Shown here: positions 1-10,090 of the stretch, in pieces
Numbering within the stretch: position 1 is the first letter of the stretch
Layout: every line of letters starts with the position of its first letter
Origin: Octopus sinensis
Lineage: Eukaryota
Assembly: GCF_006345805.1 (NCBI RefSeq)
Contig: NC_043026.1
Coordinates: 9,300,001-9,364,000 of the forward strand
DNA length: 64,000 bases
Direction: 5' to 3'
Position numbers and translations under genes: made by a program
The notes under the pieces: generated by a model
Seen by the model: the letters and a program-made list of their open reading frames with translations, nothing else
Database searches by the model: none
Told to the model about the DNA's origin: nothing

Positions 1-107
1 ATGAAAACATTTAATCTTTTAATACTTTGGTGTCTCAGATGTCCTTTGATCTGTTCCACATTTGGCTGCTATTTCTAGCTATGGCGGCAACCTTCTACAC
101 GCTCCAT

Positions 108-470
108 CGTTTTTCCACGTTAGTTTGTTGTGTTTTAGGTGGAGAAATATCCTCAAATAAACTCCAACCACAGAAATGTTGAGAAACCAATGCTTTATTA
201 TAATTTATCGAATGTTTGTTTCTTGATAAAAGGAAGTAGATAAAATTAGTAAGTGGGGCAAAATGAGTAATTCCTAATTTCTTCCTACATTTTCCTCGTT
301 TCCACGTTCGTTTGTTGTGTTTTAGCTTGAGAAATGTTCCCAAATAATCTCCAACCACAGAACTGTTGAGAAATGAATGTTTTATTATAATTTATCGAAT
401 GTTTATTTCGTGATAAAAAGAAGGGGACGAAATTAGTAAGCGGGGCAAAATGAGTAATTTCCTAGTTTTC
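108..470. repeat. Diverged tandem duplication (~185 bp x2) in the putative first intron of ZNF1
   Basis: ccacgtt(a/c)gtttgttgtgttttag...ctccaaccacagaa...ttattataatttatcgaatg...aattagtaag(t/c)ggggcaaaatgagtaatt occurs twice; the paralogous intron at ~10730-10910 has one copy. Bases 1-100 match the sequence just after the exon-1 donor of ZNF2 (10621 onward), so ZNF1's exon 1 probably lies just left of the window. Confidence 0.75.
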
Positions 471-845
471 CCTATTTTAAAAAGTTTATTATATTTATGA
501 GTGAAAATTGGTGATCATAGTTGTCGAAGTTGCAGTCCGAAACATAGTCAGGTGTCGGGTCCTATTTATTTTCCTCTACTTTCAACCCGATTGTAATCGA
601 GGTTACTAATAAATTATCTGGATGATGTTCGGTGTTTAACCATCAATATTCTTCTCTCTCTTAGATTCCAGATCCATTTCCCCCCCCCCCCGTTTAGTGT
701 CTGATTTGGTAATTTTCAATTATCAAAAATCATGTCTAAGATGGGGCAAAATGAGTAACGACTATTCGCAATTGTTTCTTCTTTATGGTGTTGAAGGGAA
801 ATTAGGTAATTAGTTAACTAGTCCGTGACTAGTTAACTGATATAT

Positions 846-995
846 ATTCTTTACTACACACAAGGGGCTAAACTTAGAAGGGACAAACAAGGACAGACAA
901 AGGGATTAAGTCGATTACATCGACCCCAGTGCGTAACTGGTACTTTATTTACCGACCCCGAAAGGATGAAAAGCAAAGACGACCTCGACGGAATT
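846..995 (-). mobile_element. tRNA-derived SINE family S1, 3' part
   Basis: ctacacacaaggggctaaac...gtcgattacatcgaccccagtgcgtaactggtac...aaggatgaaaagcaaagacgacctcg matches the copies at 5487, 10970, 25003, 32716 and 49107; full copies carry a GGCGGCGAGCTGGCAGAA head and a GAGTTCAAATTCC B-box. Confidence 0.8.
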
Positions 996-1039
996 AATTC
1001 GAAAAATTAAACTACGTTAAACAAACGAATTACAATTTT

Positions 1040-1260
1040 CTCAAGAAAGCCAAGAGAAAAAAATGTTTTATAAAAACAATCTACCAGTATACGAAGTTTA
1101 AAATATCTTACAAACTATAGAATTTTCTCAAGAAAGCCAAGAGAAAAAGATGTTTTATGTAACACATTCTACCAGTATACGAAGTTTAAAATTTTTTAGT
1201 TAACTAGAAATTGTGTTGAAATCTGCCGTTCAAACGGAAAAGATCCCAAAACAAATGTAA
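1040..1260 (-). repeat. Interspersed repeat with internal tandem subunits (ctaccagtatacgaagttt...; possibly a non-autonomous Helentron-like element)
   Basis: Two subunits of aattttctcaagaaagccaagag...ctaccagtatacgaagtttaaa. The same family occurs at 23683-24120, 43105-43240, 54509-54765 and 57940-58200; the last copy has a ccctaaacctaaccctaa stretch. The class assignment is inference only. Confidence 0.5.
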
Positions 1261-1282
1261 AATAAGTAATAGAGTTTATTAC

Positions 1283-1447
1283 ATCATCGTTTAACGTCCG
1301 CTTTCCATGCTGGCATGGGTTGGACGATTTGACTGAGGTCTGGCAAACCAGATGGCTGCACCAGGCTCCAATCTGCTCTGGCAGAGTTTCTACAGCTGGA
1401 TGCCCTTCCTAACGCCAACCACTCCGAGAGTGTAGTGGGTGCTTTTA
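1283..1447 (-). mobile_element. 5'-truncated RTE LINE 3' end
   Basis: catcatcgtttaacgtccgctttccatgctggcatggg... is the reverse complement of the 3' UTR and (GAT)n tail that directly follows the RTE ORF at 7780-8541. Confidence 0.8.
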
Positions 1448-1599
1448 CACACACACACACACACTCATGTTATTGTCTGTGTCATTGAAAGCAAAGTTTG
1501 TTTGTAACAAAAAGAAATATAATAATCTTATAAGAATGGTCTCCTTTAGACAGATCATGTATTTTCAACTCGTATATGTTGATCCCATAAAAATTATCT

Positions 1600-2210
1600 T
1601 CCTTAGTGATCTATCCTGAACGCCTTACTTCCCTGGGCATGGACACATTGAAACTCCGACGTCTGGCAGCTGACTTGGCAGACACCCATAAAATTATTAA
1701 CCATCTTACTAACAATAACTCTGAGCACCTTTTCAAACTCCACCCGTCTAACACCCGTGGACATATTTACAAAGTCAGAAAACAGCACAGCTCCCATGAC
1801 TTCAGGAAACATTTTTTCACGCTGAGAGTTGCTGAAGCATGGGACAGACTGCCGGCATCAGTTGTTAGTTGTCGGAGCACTGCATCCTTCAAAACTTCCA
1901 TGCTTCCTGAGATTCGCCAATACTACACCTGATTTTCTCCCCTCCATACACACGCTGAAGCATGGAACAAACTGCCGGCATCAGTTGTTAGTTGTCGGAG
2001 CACTGCATCCTTCAAAACTTCCATGCTTCCTGAGATTCGCCAACACTACACCTGATTTTCTCCCCTCCATACACACGCAAGCATGTATCTGACTCATACA
2101 CTGTTCACTTCCTAGACATTTGTACATTGCTGCATATGCTTTATACGCACTTTCTGACAAGTTGTGGTGCACCTGAGCACTGTATACAATAATTTCATTA
2201 TTTTTTTATG
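1600..2210 (+). mobile_element. CR1/L2-group LINE 3' end (RT C-terminus + 3' UTR + (ATT)n tail) with one extra 123-bp unit
   Basis: ORF 1606-1932 LFKLHPSNTRGHIYKVRK..RKHFFTLRVAEAWDRLPASVV..STASFK matches the RGHxxK...FFxxRVxxxWNxLPxxVV...FK motif typical of CR1 ORF2 C-termini. Confidence 0.85.
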
Positions 2211-2460
2211 AGTGAAACAAGTACAAGAATAAAAGTATATACATATATACACATACATAATATACGTATACATGAACACAATATATAACACACACACACA
2301 TACATAATATATGTTTATATAAAAGAAGGGAAATGTTAAAGTTGGCATTTAAAAGGAGACAGGTAAAGAGAGAAGACAGTGAAAGAGAAGGACATATGAA
2401 GGATATGAAATAGGAAAGGGAGGGTTGTTATCATTATTATAAATTACTATTGTTAGATCA

Positions 2461-3290
2461 CTGCATCCTTCAAAACTTCCATGCTTCCTGAGATTCGCCA
2501 ACACTACACCTGATTTTCTCCCCTCCATACACACGCTGAAGCATGGAACAAACTGCCGGCATCAGTTGTTAGTTGTCGGAGCACTGCATCCTTCAAAACT
2601 TCCATGCTTCCTGAGATTCGCCAACACTACACCTGATTTTCTCCCCTCCATACACACGCTGAAGCATGGAACAAACTGCCGGCATCAGTTGTTAGTTGTC
2701 GGAGCACTGCATCCTTCAAAACTTCCATGCTTCCTGAGATTCGCCAACACTACACCTGATTTTCTCCCCTCCATACACACGCTGAAGCATGGAACAAACT
2801 GCCGGCATCAGTTGTTAGTTGTCGGAGCACTGCATCCTTCAAAACTTCCATGCTTCCTGAGATTCGCCAACACTACACCTGATTTTCTCCCCTCCATACA
2901 CACGGTGAAGCATGGAACAAACTGCCGGCATCAGTTGTTAGTTGTCGGAGCACTGCATTCTTCAAAACTTCCATGCTTCCTGAGATTCGCCAACACTACA
3001 CCTGATTTTCTCCCCTCCATACACACGGTGAAGCATGGAACAAACTGCCGGCATCAGTTGTTAGTTGTCGGAGCACTGCATCCTTCAAAACTTCCATGCT
3101 TCCTGAGATTCGCCAACACTACACCTGATTTTCTCCCCTCCATACACACGCAAGCATGTGTCTGACTCATACATTGTTCGCTTTCCAGGCATTTTTACAT
3201 TACTGCATATGCTTTATATGCACTTTTGACAAGTTGTGGTGCACCTGAGCACTGTATACAATAATTTCATTATTATTATTATTATTATTT
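2461..3290 (+). repeat. 123-bp minisatellite (~5.6 units) derived from a CR1 3' end, followed by the CR1 3' UTR and (ATT)n tail
   Basis: g(c/g)tgaagcatggaacaaactgccggc recurs at 2535, 2658, 2781, 2904 and 3027 (spacing 123); the tail is nearly identical to 2076-2205. Confidence 0.9.
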
Positions 3291-3570
3291 CGGATCTACC
3301 ATGGGTAAAAGCTGTTGGAAAATGGCAGGCAGCTTCGTTAACAGGGCACATAGAGTTGGGGACCGCTTCCATTGTCTTCGGTGTAAATTTTACACAAGAA
3401 TTAACTTTTAATTTTAATATGGATGAAGTAGCTTTTCTCGTTACAGATGGATTGTCACATCTTTATTTTTATAATGGGAAGGTTTACGAAAATAAACAAA
3501 AGATGAAGGCAGGTGGAGTACAAAGAAACAGATGTATTAGTATGGCGCTCAGGAATAGAAATGAAACAAG

Positions 3571-3608
3571 TCTTTTACGTTTCGAGCCTACGCTCTTCGA
3601 CAGAAAGA
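3571..3608 (-). ncRNA. Degenerate minimal type-I hammerhead motif (Penelope-type remnant)
   Basis: Minus strand UCUUU-CUGUCGA-A-GAGC-GUAG-GCUC-GAAA-CG-UA-AAAGA: stems I and II pair, but the core has an A6->U substitution. Confidence 0.55.
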
Positions 3609-4230
3609 TACACAGAAAAAAAAAGACAAGGAGAGAAAAAAAATGTGTGTAGGAGCTAACGATTCAACATGGTGTTCTGTTTATTTTTATAATATGTATT
3701 TAAAAATGTGAATGTGGAGCTGGAGTTTACAAATCTGTTAGCTTCACACAAAATTTTTCTGATGTAAATATTAATAAATTAGAAAGTTCTGTTGTTCAGT
3801 TAAATGTTTGTTTCTAGAGTTTATCTTTATGGAAATGTTGAATCTGTATTTTTTTAAGTAGCCTCTATATCTTACACTGTTGTTTCTTTATTGTTTCAGA
3901 ATATCAGATGACATTGGCATAACTGAAGATACATTCTCATTATTTATCAGCTTTTTAAAGACCAAAATGGAAATATTGTACAGAACAGATATATAAGATT
4001 GTTTCTATAAGTCTGTGGCGGAATTCCTCTGTTATTAGCAAACCTTCTGGACATCACTGGCTGGAGTGTCTACAAGATGTGTCTCTTTGCAAATTAAACT
4101 TGGATAAATTCATTAAAGAGTTTTGGGACAAAGGTAACAATGGACAGAAATTCAGCAGTTGAAATATTTGTAAAGAAAAGACCATAAAATCAAAAAGAAG
4201 AAAAAAAATTTGTGATTTTGAAGAAAAACA

Positions 4231-5483
4231 ATGGAAAAGAGTGAGAAACCAAAGGAACTGATTTTTCCAGAAGATAGTGAAAAAGGGAGACAAAAATTGT
4301 CACATGAGTGTGATGTGTGTAAAATGTCCTTCTCTCAAAAGGGTGACTTGGAAAGGCACAAAGGTATTCATACAGGGGAGAAGCCATTTCACTGTGACAC
4401 CTGTGGTAAATCGTTTTCTGTAAGTAGTAACTTAATTAGTCACAGACATAGCCATACTGGAGAGAAACCGTATCATTGTAATGTCTGTGGTAAATCATTC
4501 TCTGCAGCCAGTAATTTGACTTCACATAAGCGTATTCATACAGGGGAGAAGCCATTTCACTGTGACATCTGTGGTAAATCATTCTATCAAAAAAGTTACT
4601 TAACTACACACAAACGTATTCATACAGGAGAGAAGCCACATCAGTGTAACATCTGTGGTAAATCATTCTTTCAAAAAATCGGCTTGACTGCACACAAACG
4701 TCGTCATACTGGAGAGAAGCCTTATCATTGTGATGTCTGTGGAAGGTCATTCTCTGACCAAAGTGCTTTAAATTCTCACGTACGTCTTCATACAGGGAAA
4801 AGTTATTTCACTGTGACATCTGTGGTAAATCATTCTCACGAAAAGGTAACTTGACCACACACAAACGTCTTCATACTGGAGAGAAGCCTTATCACTGTGA
4901 TATCTGTGGTACATCATTCTGTTACCAAAGTGCTTTAAATTATCACATACGTGTTCATACAGTGGAGAAGCCATTCCACTGTGACATCTGTGGTAAAACA
5001 TTCCCTAGAAAATATAACTTGACTTTACACAAACGTATTCATACAGGGGAGAAGCCTTATCACTGTGACATCTGCAGTACCGCATTCTCTGATCGAAGTG
5101 TTTTACTTTCTCACATACGTGTTCATACAGGAGAGAAGCCGTTTCACTGTGACATCTGTAGCAAATCATTCTCTCAAAAATATAGCTTGACTACACATAA
5201 GCGTATTCATACAGGGGAGAAGCCTCATCACTGTGATATCTGCGGTAAATCATTCTCTGATCGAAGCGTTTTACTTTTTCACATACGTGTTCACACAGGA
5301 GAGACACCATATTCCTGTAATATCTGCGGTAAATCATTCTCACGCAAAAGGTCTTTAACTGATCATAAACATATCCATACAGGAGAGAAGCCATATCACT
5401 GTGTTATTTGTAGTAAATCATTCTCCGCCAGTACTACTCTAAGTCATCACAAACGTATTCATGCAGGAGAAACACCACATTAA
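4231..5483 (+). CDS. ZNF1: tandem C2H2 zinc-finger gene (14 fingers) with a 1-nt frameshift at ~4795-4800; pseudogene or sequencing error
   Basis: ORFs 4231-4854 and 4851-5483 join into one finger array if one G is added to acagggaaaagtta. A 15th finger starts with an in-frame TAA (TPH*CDTCGK..) and is split by a SINE. Candidate acceptor tgtttcag|a at 3899/3900. Confidence 0.85.
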
Positions 5484-5486
5484 TGT

Positions 5487-6012
5487 AATACCTATTTCTT
5501 TACTACCCACAAGGGGCTAAATATAGAGGGGACAAACAAGGACAGATATAGGTATTAAGTCGATTACATCGACCCCAGTGCGCAACTGGTACTTAATTTA
5601 TCGACCCTGTAAGGATGAAAGGCAAAGTCGACCTCGGTGGAATTTGAACTCAGACCATAACGGCAGATGAAATACCTATTTCTTTATTACCCACAAGGGG
5701 CTAAACACAGAGGGGTCAAACAAGGACAGACATAAGTATTAAGTCAATTACATCGACCCCAGTGCGCAACTGGTACTTAATTTATCGACCCTGTAAGGAT
5801 GAAAGGCAAAGTCGACCTCGGTGGAATTTGAACTCAGACCATAACGGCAGACGAAATACCTATTTCTTTATTACCCACAAGGGGCTAAACATAGAGGGGT
5901 CAAACAAGGACAGACATAAGTATTAAGTCGATTACATCAACCCCAGTGCGCAACTGGTACTTAATTTATCGACCCTGTAAGGATGAAAGGCAAAGTCGAC
6001 CTTGGCGGAATT
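5487..6012 (-). mobile_element. Head-less S1 SINE trimer (184-bp period) inserted into the last finger of ZNF1, with target-site duplication
   Basis: aatacctatttc starts at 5487, 5671 and 5855. Flanking direct repeat caccacattaatgt at 5473-5486 and 6013-6026; ZNF-like sequence resumes afterwards (gatacctgtggaaagtca...). Confidence 0.9.
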
Positions 6013-6641
6013 CACCACATTAATGTGATACCTGTGGAAAGTCATCCTCTCAAAGTGGCAACTTAGCTACACGCAAATGTTTCCATGCTGGAGAGAACAC
6101 ATAGCTATACACTTATGAAATGATGCTCATGATTGCACATTCAATACAGTTGTAGAAATTAAAAAGTAATAAGCAGAATTGGTGATAAATGACCGCTCGG
6201 CACTTCTGGTGTTAACTAAATGTGTATCTATTCATATAGATGTATGACTATCAATGTGACAATTCATAAGAACAATAAGCATTTTGAGCTCCTCCTAAAT
6301 TGGTGGTAGTGTTCTGGGCTTTCTCCATGGCAATAACCAAGCTACTCATCAGGGAATTGCTGTAATTGTCAAAGTTCCTAGTATGCCAAAATGAAAAAAA
6401 AAAGGTGACACTCTGTAACTGTAAATGTATTTACACAGGAAAGGAAATAGAACTGCATGTAATAACAGCTTCCCAACTCTATAGTTTGTTACCACATCTA
6501 AGTTAACTTGCCTATGGGGTATTTTTTTAATAAAAGCAATTTCATCCAGATTATTAATTTGTTTTGCATGAATTTATCTTGTTCTTGTCATTCCAGGCAC
6601 ACAGACTAAACCATTTAATGCATAATCATCACTCATATATA

Positions 6642-6939
6642 TATAATCAAAATAAGCAACAAGAATGACTCCGGTAATTTGGTACGATCGTTTCGTACTA
6701 CATCATTTTATTAAATGTTGGAAGTATTACAACAGTTTTAAAATGCTGAGCACTCATCAGTCAATTACAGAGGTTTTCCATTAATACAAAAATTTTCATA
6801 TCAAGTGGCAACATTATAGAGAAGGTAGATATATAGACAAAGATGTGGATTCAAATTTTAAGAACATTTGAGGTAGTGGAGCCCACGAAACGATCGTACC
6901 AAATTACCGGAGTCATTCTTGTTGCTTATTTTGATTATA
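6642..6939. repeat. Perfect 55-bp inverted repeat (6642-6696 / 6885-6939) around a 188-bp spacer; Penelope-like inverted end structure
   Basis: tataatcaaaataagcaacaagaatgactccggtaatttggtacgatcgtttcgt and its exact reverse complement. Confidence 0.9.
6669..6773 (-). ncRNA. Putative type-I hammerhead ribozyme
   Basis: Minus strand: CUCUGUAAUUGA-CUGAUGA-GUGC...GUAC-GAAA-CGAUCG-UA-CCAAAUUACCGGAG. Canonical core, palindromic stem III (ACGAUCGU), stem I imperfect. Confidence 0.6.
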
Positions 6940-7039
6940 ATCACCCCCACAGATTTTTATGGATAACACCATACAGAATTCTGGTGCATTTAAATTAAGT
7001 ACCATATTCATTTGAATCTAAATTTTTGCTGAACTTATA

Positions 7040-7310
7040 TATATATCTGTAAATATAACATGTGACAATTATTCGGTAGCCAAGATAAAACTCTGAGTTT
7101 CGGATGCTGAGGTGGATCTCCACACCACCATCTCTTCAGTCATCCGGCCATTGGAAAAACTTTTTCATAGAATAATCTATGTAATAGGCGTCCATATTAA
7201 ATTCTTCTGTGTGTTAGAGTCCTCAACCGATGTTTGACGATTATCCAAAAAAGCCATATTAGCTCTTAGTGAAGAATAGCGTCGTTCGGGAGGTAATTTA
7301 TGGGTAATAA
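7040..7310 (-). mobile_element. Penelope-like element 3' end fragment containing a hammerhead motif (7077-7150)
   Basis: 7077-7150 is the reverse complement of a close homolog of 42084-42157, which lies at the 3' end of the RT/GIY-YIG fragment. Core CUGAAGA at 7133-7139 and GAAA at 7098-7101. Confidence 0.65.
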
Positions 7311-7314
7311 CGGT

Positions 7315-7445
7315 AAGATAACAAAAGAAAGAGACCTCAATATTATGTTAATAGAGGAATTTATCTGTAAATGTAATATGTGACAATTATTTGGTGATAA
7401 TTCCTCTATTTACATAATATTGAGGCCTCTTTCTTTTGTTATCTT
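7315..7445. repeat. ~50-bp imperfect inverted repeat whose spacer copies the Penelope tail
   Basis: aagataacaaaagaaagagacctcaatattatgttaatagaggaatt versus aattcctctatttacataatattgaggcctctttcttttgttatctt; spacer tctgtaaatgtaatatgtgacaattatt is similar to 7046-7073. Confidence 0.75.
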
Positions 7446-7482
7446 GCTGTTTTTACCAATATATATATATATATATTGTGGA

Positions 7483-7758
7483 GGCGCAGTGGCCCAGTGG
7501 TTAGGGCAGCGGACTCGCGGTTTTGATTCCCAGACCGGGCGTTGTGTGTGTTTATTGAGCGAAAACGCCTAAAAGCTCCACGAGGCTCCGGCAGGGGATG
7601 GTGGTGATCCCTGCTGTACTCTTTCACCACTCTTTCTTTTGTTGGCCTGCTCGCTTAGCCAGTGGGGTGGCGTCATTCGAAGGCTAAAACAATGCGAATG
7701 CATTGTGACCAGCGATGTGTAGCAACATCTGACGATCTGGTCAGTCAAGTGATCACGT
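7483..7758 (+). mobile_element. tRNA-derived SINE family S2
   Basis: Head ggcgcagtggcccagtggttagggcagcggactcgcgg (A-box-like) and ttgattcccagacc (B-box-like); homologous copies at 11608-11913, 25486-25789 and 43255-43621 (minus). Confidence 0.8.
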
Positions 7759-7779
7759 GATATATATATATATATATTA

Positions 7780-8541
7780 TAATGTCAGTGTTCATACTCG
7801 ACAGAGTGTAAGTACCTTGAGAGAGAAGTTGGACCTAAGAAGCATCAGTTGTGGTGTGCAAGAGAGACGTTTGCGCTGGTATGGCCATGTGGCGAGCATG
7901 GATGAAGATAGTTGTGTGAATAAGTGCCGCACCCTAGCTGTTGAGGGAACCTGTAGAGGAGGTAGACCAAGGAAGACCTGGGACGAGGTGGTGAAGCACG
8001 ACCTTTGAACTTTAGGTCTCACCAAGGAAATCACTAGAGACCGAGACCTTTGGAAGTATGCTGTGCGTGAGAAGACCTAGCAGGACAAGTGAGACCATAA
8101 CCCATGGCCTCAGTCCACTTATGCATACCTTTCTTTCTTGGGACACAAAACTCTTACTTGTGAAGACCTGTTGAGGCAAGTGAAAATCAAAATCAAAAAT
8201 CAAAATCGATCAACATCAATGGAAATTGTAGCTGTGATACCAGTGCCGGTGGTACATAAGAGAACCATCCGAACGTGGCCGTTGCCAGCGCTGCCCCGAC
8301 TACCTTCCGTGCCGGTGACACGTAAAAAGCACCATCTGATCGTGGCCGTTTGCTAGCCTCGTCTGGCACATAAAAAGCACCCACTACACTCATGGAGTGG
8401 TTGGCGTTAGGAAGGGCATCCAGCTATAGAAACACTGCCAGATCAGACTGGAGCCTGGTGCAGCCTCCTGGCTTCCCAGACCCCGGTCGAACCATCCAAC
8501 CCATGCTAGCATGGAAAAGGGACGTTAAATGATGATGATGA
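7780..8541 (+). mobile_element. RTE LINE 3' end: ORF2 C-terminus plus long 3' UTR and (GAT)n tail
   Basis: LREKLDLRSISCGVQERRLRWYGHVASMDEDSCV..GRPRKTWDEVVKHDL is the typical RTE C-terminus (RLRWxGHVxR...RGRPxxxW). It continues into aaaaagcacccactacactc...ggacgttaaatgatgatg. Confidence 0.9.
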
Positions 8542-8587
8542 TATAAATCTATGTGTTTGTGTCTGTATTTGTTTCCCAGTATTGTTT

Positions 8588-8856
8588 GAAACTGAAAGAA
8601 GCCTGTCGTATATATGTATATATATATATATATATATGTATGTATATGTTTGTATGTATGTGTCTGTCCCCCCAACATTGCTTGACAACCGATGCTGGTG
8701 TGTTTACATCCCCGTAACTTAGCGGTTCAGCAAAAACAGACCAATAAAGTAAGTACTAGGCTTACAAAGAATAAGTCCTGGGGTCGATTTGATCGACTAA
8801 AAGGCGGTGCTCCAGCATGGCCACAGTCACATGACTGAAACAAGTAAAAGAGAGAG
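8588..8856 (+). mobile_element. SINE family S3, 5'-truncated (central TA/TG microsatellite, tail tgactgaaacaagtaaaagag)
   Basis: gaaactgaaagaagcctgtcg-(TA)n-...ttgacaaccgatgctggtgtgtttac...ccagcatggccacagtcacatgactgaaacaagtaaaag; the left part matches the end of the S3 head copies at 37810-38190. Confidence 0.75.
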
Positions 8857-8876
8857 TAGAGAGTATACACATACAC

Positions 8877-9027
8877 TTGCACACGCACAGTAATACAGAC
8901 CCCACCACCATCCTAAAGTCTATTGTGGAAGGCACTTCCTCCCGGATTTCCTCACCGTCTGCCAATAAGGATTTATCCAATCAATCTGCTGAATATTACA
9001 ATTGTGCCCTTAAACATGCTGGATATA
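8877..9027 (+). mobile_element. Small Penelope-like RT fragment
   Basis: HSNTDPTTILKSIVEGTSSRISSPSANKDLSNQSAEYYNCALKHAGY aligns by eye with GSCHPPIVFKNLVKNISKRISSLSSNEDIFNSVAPVYNKALKDSGF of ORF 40887-41609. Confidence 0.65.
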
Positions 9028-9029
9028 AA

Positions 9030-10090
9030 TCATCATCATCATCATCATCGTTTAACGTCCGCTTTCCATGCTGGCATGGGTTGGATGATTTGACTGAGGA
9101 CGGGCGAACCAGATGGCTGCACCACGCTCCAATCTGATCTGGCACAGTTTCTACAGCTGGATGCCCTTCCTAATGCCAACCACTCTGTGAGTGTAGTGGG
9201 TGCATTTACGGGCCACCGGTACGGGGGCCAGTTAGGTGGTACTGGCAACGACCTCGCTCAAATCTTTTTACACGTGCCACCGGCACAGGTGCCAGTAAGA
9301 CAACACTGGTAACGATCAAGCTCGAATGGTACCTTTTATGTGCCACCGGCACAGAAGCCAGTTAGCCACTCTGGCAAAGATCACGCTCGAATGGAGCCTT
9401 TTATGTGCCACCGGCACGGTAGGCAGTTATCCACTCTGGCAAAGATCACGCTCGAATGGAGCCTTTTATGTGCCAGCGGCACAGAAGCCAGTTAGCCACT
9501 CTGGCAAAGATCACGCTCGAATGGAGCCTTTTATGTACCACCGGCACGGTAGGCAGTTAGCCACTCTGGCAAAGATCACGCTCGAATGGAGCCTTTTATG
9601 TGCCAGCGGCACGGTAGGCAGTTAGCCACTCTGGCAAAGATCACGCTCGAATGGAGCCTTTTATGTGCCAGCGGCACGGTAGGCAGTTATCCACTCTGGC
9701 AAAGATCACGCTCGAATGGAGCCTTTTATGTGCCAGCGGCACGGTAGGCAGTTAGCCACTCTGGCAAAGATCACGCTCGAATGGAGCCTTTTATGTGCCA
9801 GCGGAACGGTAGGCAGTTAGCCACTCTGGCAAAGATCACGCTCGAATGGAGCCTTTTATGTGCCAGCGGCACGGTAGGCAGTTAGCCACTCTGGCAAAGA
9901 TCACGCTCGAATGGAGCCTTTTATGTGCCAGCGGCACGGTAGGCAGTTAGCTACAATGGCAAAGATCACGCTCGAATGGAGCCTTTCAAGTACCACCGGC
10001 ACGGTAGGCAGTTAGCCACTCTGGCAAAGATCACGTTCCGATGGTGGTCTTAGCACCCTACTAGCACGGGGCACAAGAGCCAGTAAGGCA
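9030..10090 (-). mobile_element. RTE 3' UTR copy containing a 65-bp minisatellite (~11-12 units, ~9300-10045)
   Basis: ccactctggcaaagatcacgctcgaatggagcc recurs at 9366, 9431, 9496, 9561, 9626, 9691 and onward; (CAT)n tail at 9030. Confidence 0.9.

Noticed and set aside
2566-3165. 199-aa ORF made of 41-aa repeats
   Set aside because: It is an off-frame reading of the 123-bp CR1-derived minisatellite.
4790-4806. Programmed -1 frameshift at GGGAAAA in ZNF1
   Set aside because: A -1 shift would restore the frame, but the heptamer is phased GGG AAA A rather than X XXY YYZ. A homopolymer deletion or sequencing error is simpler.
7483-7560. tRNA genes at SINE heads (also 10970, 37900-37969)
   Set aside because: A/B-box-like motifs are present, but no complete cloverleaf is visible and each continues into a SINE body.
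9300-10045. CRISPR-like regular array (also 2461-3150)
   Set aside because: The units are contiguous tandem repeats with no unique spacers, in eukaryotic retroelement context.
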